Of a stretch of 50,807 nt of DNA, positions 36,357 through 44,416 are shown one piece after another. The stretch lies in IMG/VR virus record IMGVR_UViG_3300035014_000028, positions 1-50,807 of that record, one strand, 5' to 3'. The stretch comes from a virus. Its lineage: Duplodnaviria; Caudoviricetes. How positions within the stretch are numbered: position 1 is the stretch's first letter; every line of letters starts with the position of its first letter. The position numbers were made by a program, and so were the translations under genes. The notes under the pieces are model-generated. The model had not been told where the DNA came from and did not search any database. It worked only from the letters and a program-made list of their open reading frames with translations.

Positions 36357-36734
36357 TCAATAGGTCGGCACGGGCGCCCATAAACAGATCGGCCGCTCCG
36401 AGGGCTGGATCACCGCGCCGTCGGCCGCGCCACCGCGGCGACAGACGTGGAAGCGGCCGTCCGGGGATTTGCGGGTCAGCGCGAACGGGATGACGATGCC
36501 GTCGGCGAGACGCCACCCGGCGCGGGTCTCGACCGGATCGGGCTCGCGAGCGTCAGCGTCGAGGCCCATCGGCCAGCAATCCTGCGAGGAGCAGCACTCC
36601 CAGGGATAGAAGGAATGGGCTCGGGCCTGGCCGACGAACAGCTTGGCGAGCCCGACGAAAGCGGCGAGCGTCAAGCCGATCGCGACAATCAGCCCGGCGG
36701 AGAGCGAAGCGGCGCGTGCGGGCGACATGCTCAC
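36357..36734 (-). CDS. Secreted cysteine-rich protein of unknown function
   Basis: Signal peptide ending ARA, then HSFYPWECCSSQDC...SPDGRFHVC...ICL. Confidence 0.8.
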   Translation of the reverse strand: MSMSPARAASLSAGLIVAIGLTLAAFVGLAKLFVGQARAHSFYPWECCSSQDCWPMGLDADAREPDPVETRAGWRLADGIVIPFALTRKSPDGRFHVCRRGGAADGAVIQPSERPICLWAPVPTY

Positions 36735-37552
36735 GTCTCCCGCTCGGGCGGGATCAGCGCCTTCCAGGTCGCCGGGCCGACGATGCCGTCGGCGACCAGG
36801 CCGGCGCGGATCTGCACCTGCCTGACCGCGAGCTCCGTCGCCGCGCCGAAATCGCCGTCGATCGTCAGAATGAAGCCCTGCTTGCGCAGCCTGGCCTGCA
36901 GATCCTCGACAGCCTCCTCGTCGGCGCTGCCGCGGCGCAGGACCGGATAATGCGCCGGGTCGCTGGAGGTCATGCCGGCGGCGAGCAGGGCCGCGACCTC
37001 GCGCTTGGCGATGCCGAGCTTCCTGCGGCGATCGTCGAGGCCGTTGCGGCCGCCATTGATCAGGCGGGTGATTTGGACGACGTCGTCGGCCTCGGCGGGG
37101 ACGTTCAGGTTCTTGCGCCGCCAGAACAGGCAGGCGATCGTCAGCGAGAGCTCCGGCTCGGCCGCCCGCTGCGGCTTGGCTTCGAGGTCGATGCCGAGCA
37201 GGGCGCCGAATTCGCGATAATTGGCGCGGCCGGTGAGCTGGAAGACGCCGCGACCCTTGAACAGGACGCCGTCGCCTTTGCGGACGTTGCCGAGATCGCC
37301 GCGGCCCTCATAGCGTGCGCCCGACGCGTATTCCTCGGTGGTGCAGAAGCCGTCCGACTCGTGCGCCGCCTGGGCGAGGAAGTGCTCGATCCGACGCGGC
37401 GTCACGATGTCGTAGAGCGGGAGCACGCGCGGCAGCGCGGCGCCGACGCCCTGAATGATCTCCTGCTGGCGCGCCAGCTTGTTCGCCGGGGCCTTGCCGG
37501 CCAGCGCCCGCAGGATCGCGGGGCCGAGCTGTTCGACGAGGGTCGTGGCCAT
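36731..37552 (-). CDS. Endolysin: GH19-like catalytic domain plus C-terminal peptidoglycan-binding domain
   Basis: HFLAQAAHES, FKGRGVFQLTGRANY, ITRLINGG.NG..DR; DGDFGAATE.AV..Q...GLVADGIVGPATW. Confidence 0.93.
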   Translation of the reverse strand: MATTLVEQLGPAILRALAGKAPANKLARQQEIIQGVGAALPRVLPLYDIVTPRRIEHFLAQAAHESDGFCTTEEYASGARYEGRGDLGNVRKGDGVLFKGRGVFQLTGRANYREFGALLGIDLEAKPQRAAEPELSLTIACLFWRRKNLNVPAEADDVVQITRLINGGRNGLDDRRRKLGIAKREVAALLAAGMTSSDPAHYPVLRRGSADEEAVEDLQARLRKQGFILTIDGDFGAATELAVRQVQIRAGLVADGIVGPATWKALIPPERET

Positions 37553-37606
37553 CGGGCGCTCCGGCGGGGATCGTTCCGGATCGTGCGATCCCGGAATTCA
37601 CCGGCG

Positions 37607-37655
37607 AAGATGCGCGGGGGACAACCCGCGAGACAGGCCCCGATCTCGGGGCCTC
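37607..37655 (-). promoter_or_regulatory. Putative late promoter upstream of the lysis genes (Mu Plys analogue)
   Basis: AGGCCCCGA-TC-TCGGGGCCT 37635-37654, 22 bp, CATCTT. Confidence 0.78.
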
Positions 37656-38040
37656 AGGCCGATCTGGCGAACAGGTCGAGCTGTGAGGTGGCCGGGCGGC
37701 CGTAGCGCTTGATGATGTCGTCGACCGTCGTCTCCGAGCAGCCGACCTTCAGCGCGATCTGGGGACGCGACAGCCCCCTAGCCTTGTAGCAGAGGACGCG
37801 CCATTGGCGGCCCACCGGCACCTTGATCCGGGTGTTGCCGTATTTGCCCTGCAAAGCGGCCGCTGCGTCAAGCCCTACGATCTCGACCAGGGCGCGGCCC
37901 TCGGCCGGATCGGCAATGTAGATGCGCACCCCGCCGCGCGCCTCCAGCAATCTCAGCGTCGCCGCGTCGCCGATCAGCTCGACCAGGCGCGCAACATCCT
38001 CGGTCGGCGGCGGCAGTCCCGATCCGGTTTGGCCCGTCAC
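37654..38040 (-). CDS. Mor/C-like late transcription activator
   Basis: LVELIG...LL..RGG.RIY, C-terminal HTH GLSRPQIALKVGCSETTV; last gene before the lysis promoter. Confidence 0.8.
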   Translation of the reverse strand: MTGQTGSGLPPPTEDVARLVELIGDAATLRLLEARGGVRIYIADPAEGRALVEIVGLDAAAALQGKYGNTRIKVPVGRQWRVLCYKARGLSRPQIALKVGCSETTVDDIIKRYGRPATSQLDLFARSA

Positions 38041-38279
38041 CGCCGCCTCCGGCGCCGCCCGGCCGTCATCTCCGCATCGAGCACGGTCACGAGCACATCG
38101 TCCCTGACGACGTAGCGCAGCCCGTCCGCCACGATGACGTAGTCGGCGATGCCGGCTCGCTCCGCCCCGATCCTGGCGCGCTCCAGAGACGCGGCGATCG
38201 TCAGCCGCAGCGCCTCGATCTCGGCGGCGCCGGACCTGTCCAGGAAGCGGACGAGGGCGTGATCGGTGACCTTGATCAT
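38037..38279 (-). CDS. Small conserved phage protein (TDHA..RF motif)
   Basis: 80 aa, coupled at both ends; VTDHALVRFLDR...VLVTVL. Confidence 0.75.
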   Translation of the reverse strand: MIKVTDHALVRFLDRSGAAEIEALRLTIAASLERARIGAERAGIADYVIVADGLRYVVRDDVLVTVLDAEMTAGRRRRRR

Positions 38280-38665
38280 GTCCGCACGCGCTTCTGCCAG
38301 GCCTTGAGCTGCTCGATCGCCTCGCGCGCCTGTGGCGGCTTCAGGAACTCCGGCGCCGAGACCTGGAAGCGGGTCTTGACCCAGGCGCGCAGGCCCTCGC
38401 GATCGAGCGGGCCGGAATGCAGCGCGCCCCAGAGTGCGTAGATCTTGCGGATGTCGGCGCGCTCGGCCGGCGGCCTGGTCGAGGCCCTGGCCTGCCAGCC
38501 CAGCCGCTTCATCTCGGCGATCACGGCGATCGCCGCCTTCTCCGACAGGTCGCGGGCGCTCTCGACCTTGCCGACGCGCTGCAGGAGCGCCCGGTACTCG
38601 GCGTCCTGGAGCGCGAGTTCCTTCTTGGCGATGTGGATCTTGGCGAGCATCGCGGGATGGCTCAT
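38276..38665 (-). CDS. gemA: GemA / Mu gp16 (DUF1018) protein
   Basis: AKIHIAKKELAL.D.EYR, KIYALW, IEQLKAW. Confidence 0.9.
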   Translation of the reverse strand: MSHPAMLAKIHIAKKELALQDAEYRALLQRVGKVESARDLSEKAAIAVIAEMKRLGWQARASTRPPAERADIRKIYALWGALHSGPLDREGLRAWVKTRFQVSAPEFLKPPQAREAIEQLKAWQKRVRT

Positions 38666-38904
38666 GAACGCGTGCCCCCGCCGGTCCTGGCGATCGCCGC
38701 CAGCAACGTCACGCGCTGCCTGGTCAGCCGTTTCAATTCGCCTTCGACGATGGTGGAACGGCGGGGCGCGACCGTCGCCATCACCGCCTTCAGGCGCTCG
38801 CGCTCCTCGTCGACCCGGCGCAGCTCGTCGACCGCCAACAGCCGCATCAGCGGGGCGGCATCGGAGGGAGCTGGGCGGGGAGCGAGGAAGCGCGGCATCG
38901 TCAT
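38662..38904 (-). CDS. Hypothetical protein, 80 aa
   Basis: ATGA overlaps at both ends; helical composition. Confidence 0.6.
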   Translation of the reverse strand: MTMPRFLAPRPAPSDAAPLMRLLAVDELRRVDEERERLKAVMATVAPRRSTIVEGELKRLTRQRVTLLAAIARTGGGTRS

Positions 38905-39575
38905 GCTCCCGAATCCAGGAGCGGCATCGCGACGGGCGCGCCGAAGCGCATGGCGTCGTCCGGGCGGGTCAGCGCCTGGCGCTGGCCGGGCGGGATCCAG
39001 AGCGGCGCGCGCGGCTCGGCGCCGTGCTTCCAGCAGACCCAAGCGTAGTCGGTCGCGGTCGAGCCGTCGGGCTCCCAGCGGCCGCGATGCATCGGCACGC
39101 GCTCGACATAGTAGGCGATGACGAAAGGCGGGTGATCGCGGAACAGCTCGTAGCGCTCGATCGTGTGCAACCACTGCGTCCGGACGAGGAGCGCGACGCC
39201 GCGGCGGCTAATCTGGAGCGCCTTGCGCGCAAAGGCGACGGCGGCGTTGAACGGCGGATTGGTGAAGGTCCAGTCCGCCGTCGCGAGGTTGTCGCCAGCT
39301 TCGAGGAAATCGAAGACCTCGCCGTAGCCATATCTGTGGATGTCGCTGGCGATCGTCAGCGGATAGGCCGCGCGCAACGGCTCGGCCATGTGTCCCTCAC
39401 CACACGCCGGCTCCAGGACGATGTCGTCGGTCCTTACGCCCAGCACGGGATAAGCAACTTGCGCGATGAAGGCCCGCGTCGCCCAGGGCGGCGTCGGGAA
39501 GAAGTCGAGCGAATCGTGCGGCTCCGAGCGCTGGGCCATATGCGACGGCGAGAAGGCGAAGCTGGGCTGGCTCAT
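38901..39575 (-). CDS. Orphan amino-DNA methyltransferase (NPPF type)
   Basis: DFFPTPPW, LEPACGEGHM (SAM-binding), TNPPF, YAWVCW. Confidence 0.88.
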   Translation of the reverse strand: MSQPSFAFSPSHMAQRSEPHDSLDFFPTPPWATRAFIAQVAYPVLGVRTDDIVLEPACGEGHMAEPLRAAYPLTIASDIHRYGYGEVFDFLEAGDNLATADWTFTNPPFNAAVAFARKALQISRRGVALLVRTQWLHTIERYELFRDHPPFVIAYYVERVPMHRGRWEPDGSTATDYAWVCWKHGAEPRAPLWIPPGQRQALTRPDDAMRFGAPVAMPLLDSGA

Positions 39576-39616
39576 AGCTCGCCCACCATCAGCGCAAACA
39601 TGGTATCCGGTCGCAG

Positions 39617-40240
39617 ATGGCTAAGCAGCTCACCACCGAGAGACTTCGCGCCTGCTACGGGCCGGCGTTGGGTTTTACCGACGAAGTTTTGGCGCGGATC
39701 GGTCTGTTTCTGATCGCTTGGGCGCGATTGGAGGACGAGTTGGAGCTGCTGATCTGGCAGAGTTCCGAGTTCCCGAATCCCGGCCAACGTCCCGCAACCG
39801 ATAAAATGATGGCGAGCGACAAGATCGATCTGTTGAGAAAGATCGGGCTGGCCGATGTGCTTGTCGATGACGCGCAGCTGATCCGGCTTTGCAACGTGAT
39901 GGATAACCTGCTCCGCTTTCGAAACGCCATCAGCCACGGGGTTCCAACGCCGCAATCGGCCGACGGCAAACATCGAGCCAAATCGATAAGCAACTACCCT
40001 TGGCATGGTGAAAAGCGCGGCAGGCCAATATGGGGAGCCCCTTTGACCCTTGAGCATCTCGACAAGATGCTGGGCGCGCTGGATGCCATCTACGAGGCAT
40101 TCTCGCGCGGAAAACTGATGAGCCAACTGCCCGAGAAGCTCGGCGCGGTCGTAAAATCCCCGACGTTGGAGTTGGCTGAAACCGCAAGTGCCGAGGTTGT
40201 GCGTGATGGCCTTATCGGCATCACCTACTACTTCCCGTGA
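39617..40240 (+). CDS. HEPN-like protein inserted antisense in the early operon
   Basis: IG.F...W..LE helix and RNAISH (Rx4H) motif; AT-richer; opposite strand to all neighbours. Confidence 0.7.
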   Translation: MAKQLTTERLRACYGPALGFTDEVLARIGLFLIAWARLEDELELLIWQSSEFPNPGQRPATDKMMASDKIDLLRKIGLADVLVDDAQLIRLCNVMDNLLRFRNAISHGVPTPQSADGKHRAKSISNYPWHGEKRGRPIWGAPLTLEHLDKMLGALDAIYEAFSRGKLMSQLPEKLGAVVKSPTLELAETASAEVVRDGLIGITYYFP

Positions 40241-40242
40241 CA

Positions 40243-40566
40243 TCATCGCACCGGCCCTCCCGCCTTCGCGACGGCTTCGGCTGAAGCAAGCTGCAGGCAC
40301 ATCGCGCCCATCGCTTCGCCATGGCGCAGCACCGCCTCCCGCGCCTCGGCTGGCAGCGCCAGGAAGGCCTTGATCTCGTCTTCGTGGATCTTGAGCCACT
40401 CCAGCGTGCGGGCGGCGCTGCCAAGGCGTTGCGTGTCGAAGTCCGCGACCTTGGGCGGACGCAGCTCGCGACACGAGCCGCCGTTCTGGATCGATGCCTG
40501 GCGCGTCTCGGCGAAACGCACCGCCTCGACCTGCTGGCTGAGCGAGAATTTGGGCAGGTCGGTCAT
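40243..40566 (-). CDS. Hypothetical phage protein, 107 aa
   Basis: ATGA-coupled; FSLSQQVEAV...TLEWL. Confidence 0.7.
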   Translation of the reverse strand: MTDLPKFSLSQQVEAVRFAETRQASIQNGGSCRELRPPKVADFDTQRLGSAARTLEWLKIHEDEIKAFLALPAEAREAVLRHGEAMGAMCLQLASAEAVAKAGGPVR

Positions 40567-40769
40567 CGGCCATCCCCGAAAAGGGTGCCGCGCTCGGCCC
40601 GACGACGCAGATGCTCCGCGATCGCCTGCATCATCGCGATCTCGTTGTCGGCCTTCTCCTGTCGCATCCGGCCTAGTTCGACCTGCCGGGCGTAGACGCG
40701 CTGGCGCTGGCGGACCTCGCGCTCGGCACAGGCCGCAAGCTGCTCGAAGGCGAAGACGGGCGCGGTCAT
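40563..40769 (-). CDS. Conserved small phage protein, 68 aa
   Basis: CAEREVRQRQRVY...GRM...AD.EIAMMQAI; coupled at both ends. Confidence 0.78.
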   Translation of the reverse strand: MTAPVFAFEQLAACAEREVRQRQRVYARQVELGRMRQEKADNEIAMMQAIAEHLRRRAERGTLFGDGR

Positions 40770-41581
40770 CGGGCGCGCCTCGCATAGTGCTCGACCAGCC
40801 GCGCCTCGAAGTGATCCTGAGCCCGCACGCCTTTTTGGGTCAGGCTAGCGCGGCGAGCATCGAGCAGTGCCTGGTCGACCGGGACCGTTTCGGCGATGTC
40901 GAGACGCGACCGCCACTCGGCATGATCAGCGAGGACATTCGCGAAGGCCATAAGCACCATGCCGTTGAGCATGCCCGGCAGGTCGCCGGCGGCGGTGCGC
41001 GCATGAGTGAAGACGACATCGGCAAGATGCGCGCCGCGCTCGCGCCAGATCTTCTCGCAGGTCACCGTCGCATTGGTATCGCCCGGCGACATCGTCGAGG
41101 CGTCTTGATGCGCGCGAAGCCGGATGCCGCGCCGGGCGAGGCAGGCAGCGAGAGGGCCTGCCACTTCGTCGCCGGCCGTCACACGCGCATTGAAGCGGGC
41201 GACCGGCGAAACTTTGGTCTGTGTGCCGTTGATCGCAGTGAACGCCTTGGCCTGCGCCGCACGATCCGCCTGGATGACGGCACAGGGCACCTGCTCTATG
41301 CCGAGCAGTGCCGCAGCCGTCGTCCGGTGCTGTCCATCGACGATCGCGAATATGCCGCCTTCGACGGGCGAGACAGTCACGGGCGAGAAGAACCTCCAGT
41401 CGAAGTTTTCTGCAATCTTGCGGACGGTCTTTCGGCCGCCGGCGCTGACCGGGCGCTGATAAGCCGGATCGACGACGAGTTGCTCGATCTTGATCCAGCG
41501 CTGGTCGGGAGCGGGGCCGAACGAAGCGGGTGCCAGCACCGCGGCGTAAGTGGATGTGTCGATCGGCTGGAATGTCTTCAC
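40766..41581 (-). CDS. ParB/Srx-like N-terminal domain protein
   Basis: LVVDPAYQR, IAENFDW, IVDGQHR, AFTAIN. Confidence 0.82.
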   Translation of the reverse strand: MKTFQPIDTSTYAAVLAPASFGPAPDQRWIKIEQLVVDPAYQRPVSAGGRKTVRKIAENFDWRFFSPVTVSPVEGGIFAIVDGQHRTTAAALLGIEQVPCAVIQADRAAQAKAFTAINGTQTKVSPVARFNARVTAGDEVAGPLAACLARRGIRLRAHQDASTMSPGDTNATVTCEKIWRERGAHLADVVFTHARTAAGDLPGMLNGMVLMAFANVLADHAEWRSRLDIAETVPVDQALLDARRASLTQKGVRAQDHFEARLVEHYARRAR

Positions 41582-41814
41582 GACCTTTCCTCCCGCGCCG
41601 CGAGCAGCTGGGCGAAGTAGCGCCCGGTCGCGGTGAGCCGGGCGCGCTTCTGGCGACGGATCGTGGTGACAGCGGCCAGGCCCTGATCGGCCAGGCGCGC
41701 ATAGGTCGAGGGCCGGTCGCGCGTGATGTCGACCTGGGCCGTGCCAGGAGCCGCGCCGAGCTTGATCAAGGCGCGCTCTTCGGGACCGGTGAAGGGGCGG
41801 AAGCGGATCATCAC
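41578..41814 (-). CDS. Small winged-helix-like hypothetical protein
   Basis: 78 aa; RLADQGL...RLTATGR; coupled overlaps. Confidence 0.6.
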   Translation of the reverse strand: MMIRFRPFTGPEERALIKLGAAPGTAQVDITRDRPSTYARLADQGLAAVTTIRRQKRARLTATGRYFAQLLAAREERS

Positions 41815-42119
41815 TGCACCGTCTGGGCAGGGCCGACGCTGCCGTCCGGACCCACCTCGTGCAACCGCTCCTCGAGCGAGAGAATGTAGTCGAGCCGCTT
41901 CCGGATCACGGCATCGTCGCGCGGGCAGACGCCGGCCATGGCGGCGTTGTGCATGAGGGCCACGGCAGCCGTCAGCGCTGCGTCGAAGACGACGGTCAAC
42001 CCGTTGATCGCGCCATGCCGCTCGGCGATGCCGTTGCCGACTCGCGCGAGCGAGGCCGTGAGCTCCAGCGACAGCCGATTGGTATGCCGCACCAGTTCTT
42101 CTCTCTGTTCGTCGGTCAT
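41811..42119 (-). CDS. Hypothetical protein, 102 aa
   Basis: AAGGAG RBS and ATGA overlap at 42116-42119. Confidence 0.65.
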   Translation of the reverse strand: MTDEQREELVRHTNRLSLELTASLARVGNGIAERHGAINGLTVVFDAALTAAVALMHNAAMAGVCPRDDAVIRKRLDYILSLEERLHEVGPDGSVGPAQTVQ

Positions 42120-42343
42120 GCCGCGCTCCTTTCGGCGAGCCGGCAATCCGCGGCGGGCACGACGAAGATCAGTCCGTCGTCCGTGCGGATGCGCAGATGG
42201 CTTTCCGAGCTCGGGCCGACGACGCGGGCCTTGAAGCGCAGCTCGCCGAGCTCGTGATGGAAGGTCTCGACCTGGACGAGGGCCTCGCGGGCGAAGTCCT
42301 CGGGCGTCGAGTCGTGGGGAAGGGTTTTGCCGCGGAGCCACAT
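42116..42343 (-). CDS. Hypothetical protein, 75 aa
   Basis: GGAGG RBS; tightly packed in operon. Confidence 0.62.
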   Translation of the reverse strand: MWLRGKTLPHDSTPEDFAREALVQVETFHHELGELRFKARVVGPSSESHLRIRTDDGLIFVVPAADCRLAERSAA

Positions 42344-42344
42344 G

Positions 42345-42662
42345 TCAGGCGCCCTCCGGCTCGTGGCCGAACCACTCCAAGAGCTCTTCCGGTATCGGCC
42401 TATTCAATGCTTCCAGCGCTGCGACGAGGGGGCCCTGTTCGCCGCAGCCGCATTCGACCTCGAAGCTGCGGCACTCGATCAGCGCGTCGACCAGCTCGGT
42501 CAGCGCCTGTGAAGCGTTGACAGCCGATACAGCGAACTTCGCATCTTCGGCTTGTCGGAAGGAGGCGACCGGCTGGCTCGTATCGATCATGCCGAAGTTG
42601 TCGCGGAAGACGAGCGTCGGCACGCTGTCCGACTGGGCCCAGGGCGTCGAAGTCTTAGCCAT
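42345..42662 (-). CDS. Hypothetical protein, 105 aa
   Basis: GAGGGA upstream of ATG 42662; EDAKFAVSAVN motif. Confidence 0.62.
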   Translation of the reverse strand: MAKTSTPWAQSDSVPTLVFRDNFGMIDTSQPVASFRQAEDAKFAVSAVNASQALTELVDALIECRSFEVECGCGEQGPLVAALEALNRPIPEELLEWFGHEPEGA

Positions 42663-42673
42663 GCCCACGTCCC

Positions 42674-43522
42674 TCACGCGGCCGCGAGGTCGATGGCGAC
42701 CGTCGACCAGTTCGCCGTGGGGTCGGGGCGGTGCCTGAAGCGCAGATATTCCTTGGAGCCGATGATCCGGATGCTGTCGCGGATCGCCTCCATCGCGCGC
42801 TGCCAGCGTTCGTCCTCGATCTCCATGGCGAGCAGGGAGAACAGCTCGCCGCGATTGATCTGGCCTTCCTTCTCGACGCTGAAGACGCGGTTCACGAGGG
42901 CGCGCAGCTCGGGCCGACTTTCGGCGCCCCACTCCTTGAGCACCTCGTCCAGGATCTTCTTGGCCGTTTGCAGCTCGGCCCCGAACTCCAGCAGGTCGGC
43001 GATGCGGATCTCGATGCGCAGCGTGTCGTCGTAGCTGCGGAAGGTGACGTTGCCCTTCGCCCCGCCGGCGCGGGCGCCATACTGCTGTTCGAGCAGCGAC
43101 TGGAAGCCGTTCAGATCCTCGAAGGTGTGGCCCTTGAAGCGGGCGATCTGGTCGGCAAGATCCGTGGCGAAGCGCATCACCTTGCGCACCATCTCGTCTT
43201 CGAGGAGGTGCTGCGCCTTGATCATGCCGAGCGGGATCAGGCGCCCCTTGGGGTCGCGCAGATGCTTGTCGCCGCTGACCTCGACGATGCCGGTGCCGAC
43301 CGCCTGGGTCTCAGCCAGCACATCGGCCGCCAGGACGTGAAGCCCAGCCGTCGCCAATACGGCCTGCGCAATGTCGTCCCAATGGCCCTTCTCGATCATG
43401 CCGATCTCGGACCAAGAACGCCCATGAGCGCGAGGCGGGCAGACATCCAGCTTGCCTGCGGCTTCAAAGGCGGCGCGGGCAAGCGCCTCACGCGGGACTT
43501 CGGGAAGGGTCTCAGGCTGCAT
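42674..43522 (-). CDS. DUF3164 family protein with N-terminal extension
   Basis: DPKGRLIP, LEDEMV, GGAKGNVT..SYD, FGAELQ.AK..DE, WQRAMEAIRDSI...GSKEYLRF. Confidence 0.88.
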   Translation of the reverse strand: MQPETLPEVPREALARAAFEAAGKLDVCPPRAHGRSWSEIGMIEKGHWDDIAQAVLATAGLHVLAADVLAETQAVGTGIVEVSGDKHLRDPKGRLIPLGMIKAQHLLEDEMVRKVMRFATDLADQIARFKGHTFEDLNGFQSLLEQQYGARAGGAKGNVTFRSYDDTLRIEIRIADLLEFGAELQTAKKILDEVLKEWGAESRPELRALVNRVFSVEKEGQINRGELFSLLAMEIEDERWQRAMEAIRDSIRIIGSKEYLRFRHRPDPTANWSTVAIDLAAA

Positions 43523-44033
43523 CGGTGATCTCCTGGGTGGCGGTTGAAGGCGGATTGAACGGGTCTGGCAGCGGCGCGTCGTCCTTGCCGAAGGTTTCGA
43601 CGACGAGCTGGCAGAGCGCGACGATCTCGATGACGGGCACGCGCACCGCCTCTCGCTCTGGGGCGGCCAGGACGCGGCGTGCGGTGGCGAGCGGATCGGC
43701 GACGGCGGCGAGGCGCAGCACTCCGGTACGTCCGACGGCCGTCAGCGTGCCGAGCAACGCGTCGGTCACGTTCCTGAAGTGGAGGTCGTCGCGACGAAGC
43801 TCCTCGGCGCGCTCCAGCCCGTAGAGTACGGTGGAGTGGTCGCGACCGCCGACGGTCCGGGCGATCGTCGCGATCGACAGCGTGGTGAGCTGCTTGGCCA
43901 GCCAATAGATCGCGTAGCGGGCCGAGTTCAGCGTCTCCGGGCGCCGATCTGACAGGATGTCGAGCCGGGTGCAGCCGCAGACGGCGCAGACCGCCTGGAT
44001 GACCGTGTCGACGGTGACGTGCCGCTCGCTCAT
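43512..44033 (-). CDS. DnaA C-terminal HTH-like DNA-binding protein
   Basis: DILSDRR....ARY..YWLA..LT.LS...IAR..GGRDHSTVLYG resembles DnaA domain IV. Confidence 0.85.
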   Translation of the reverse strand: MSERHVTVDTVIQAVCAVCGCTRLDILSDRRPETLNSARYAIYWLAKQLTTLSIATIARTVGGRDHSTVLYGLERAEELRRDDLHFRNVTDALLGTLTAVGRTGVLRLAAVADPLATARRVLAAPEREAVRVPVIEIVALCQLVVETFGKDDAPLPDPFNPPSTATQEITDAA

Positions 44034-44413
44034 GACCGCGGCGCCTTCGGGAACGAGACGACGTTGCCGTCGCCGAACGGGGCCGAGAGCGCGGCGAGAC
44101 CGGGACGCGAGACATGGCCCGGCCCGCCGCGGTCCAACTCGCGTTGGATCTCGCGCTGCTGCTCGCGCAGCGCAGCCTGATAGGAGGGGGAGGCCGTTGC
44201 GGCGAGCAGGTCGCTCGCCACGGCGTAGAGCTCGTCCTCCAGCTCCTCGGCCTCGCCGGAGCGGCTTTCGAGGGCGTCGGCCTGCTGGGCACAGCGCCCG
44301 AGCAGGAGCGAGACACGCAGGCAGTTGGGCGGCGGCAGCTCGATCTGCTGGTCGGCATAGTGCCGCAGCAGCTTCGAAAGCTTGCGCAGCTCGACGGAGA
44401 GGACCGGAGCCAT
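44030..44413 (-). CDS. Hypothetical protein, 127 aa
   Basis: Coupled; C-terminal GNVVSFP motif typical of these phages. Confidence 0.7.
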   Translation of the reverse strand: MAPVLSVELRKLSKLLRHYADQQIELPPPNCLRVSLLLGRCAQQADALESRSGEAEELEDELYAVASDLLAATASPSYQAALREQQREIQRELDRGGPGHVSRPGLAALSAPFGDGNVVSFPKAPRS

Positions 44414-44416
44414 GGT

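Noticed and set aside
16192-37655. CRISPR repeats or REP elements for the 24-bp palindrome
   Set aside because: Three isolated copies 9-12 kb apart, each at a fixed distance from a -10-like hexamer; no spacer array or cas genes.
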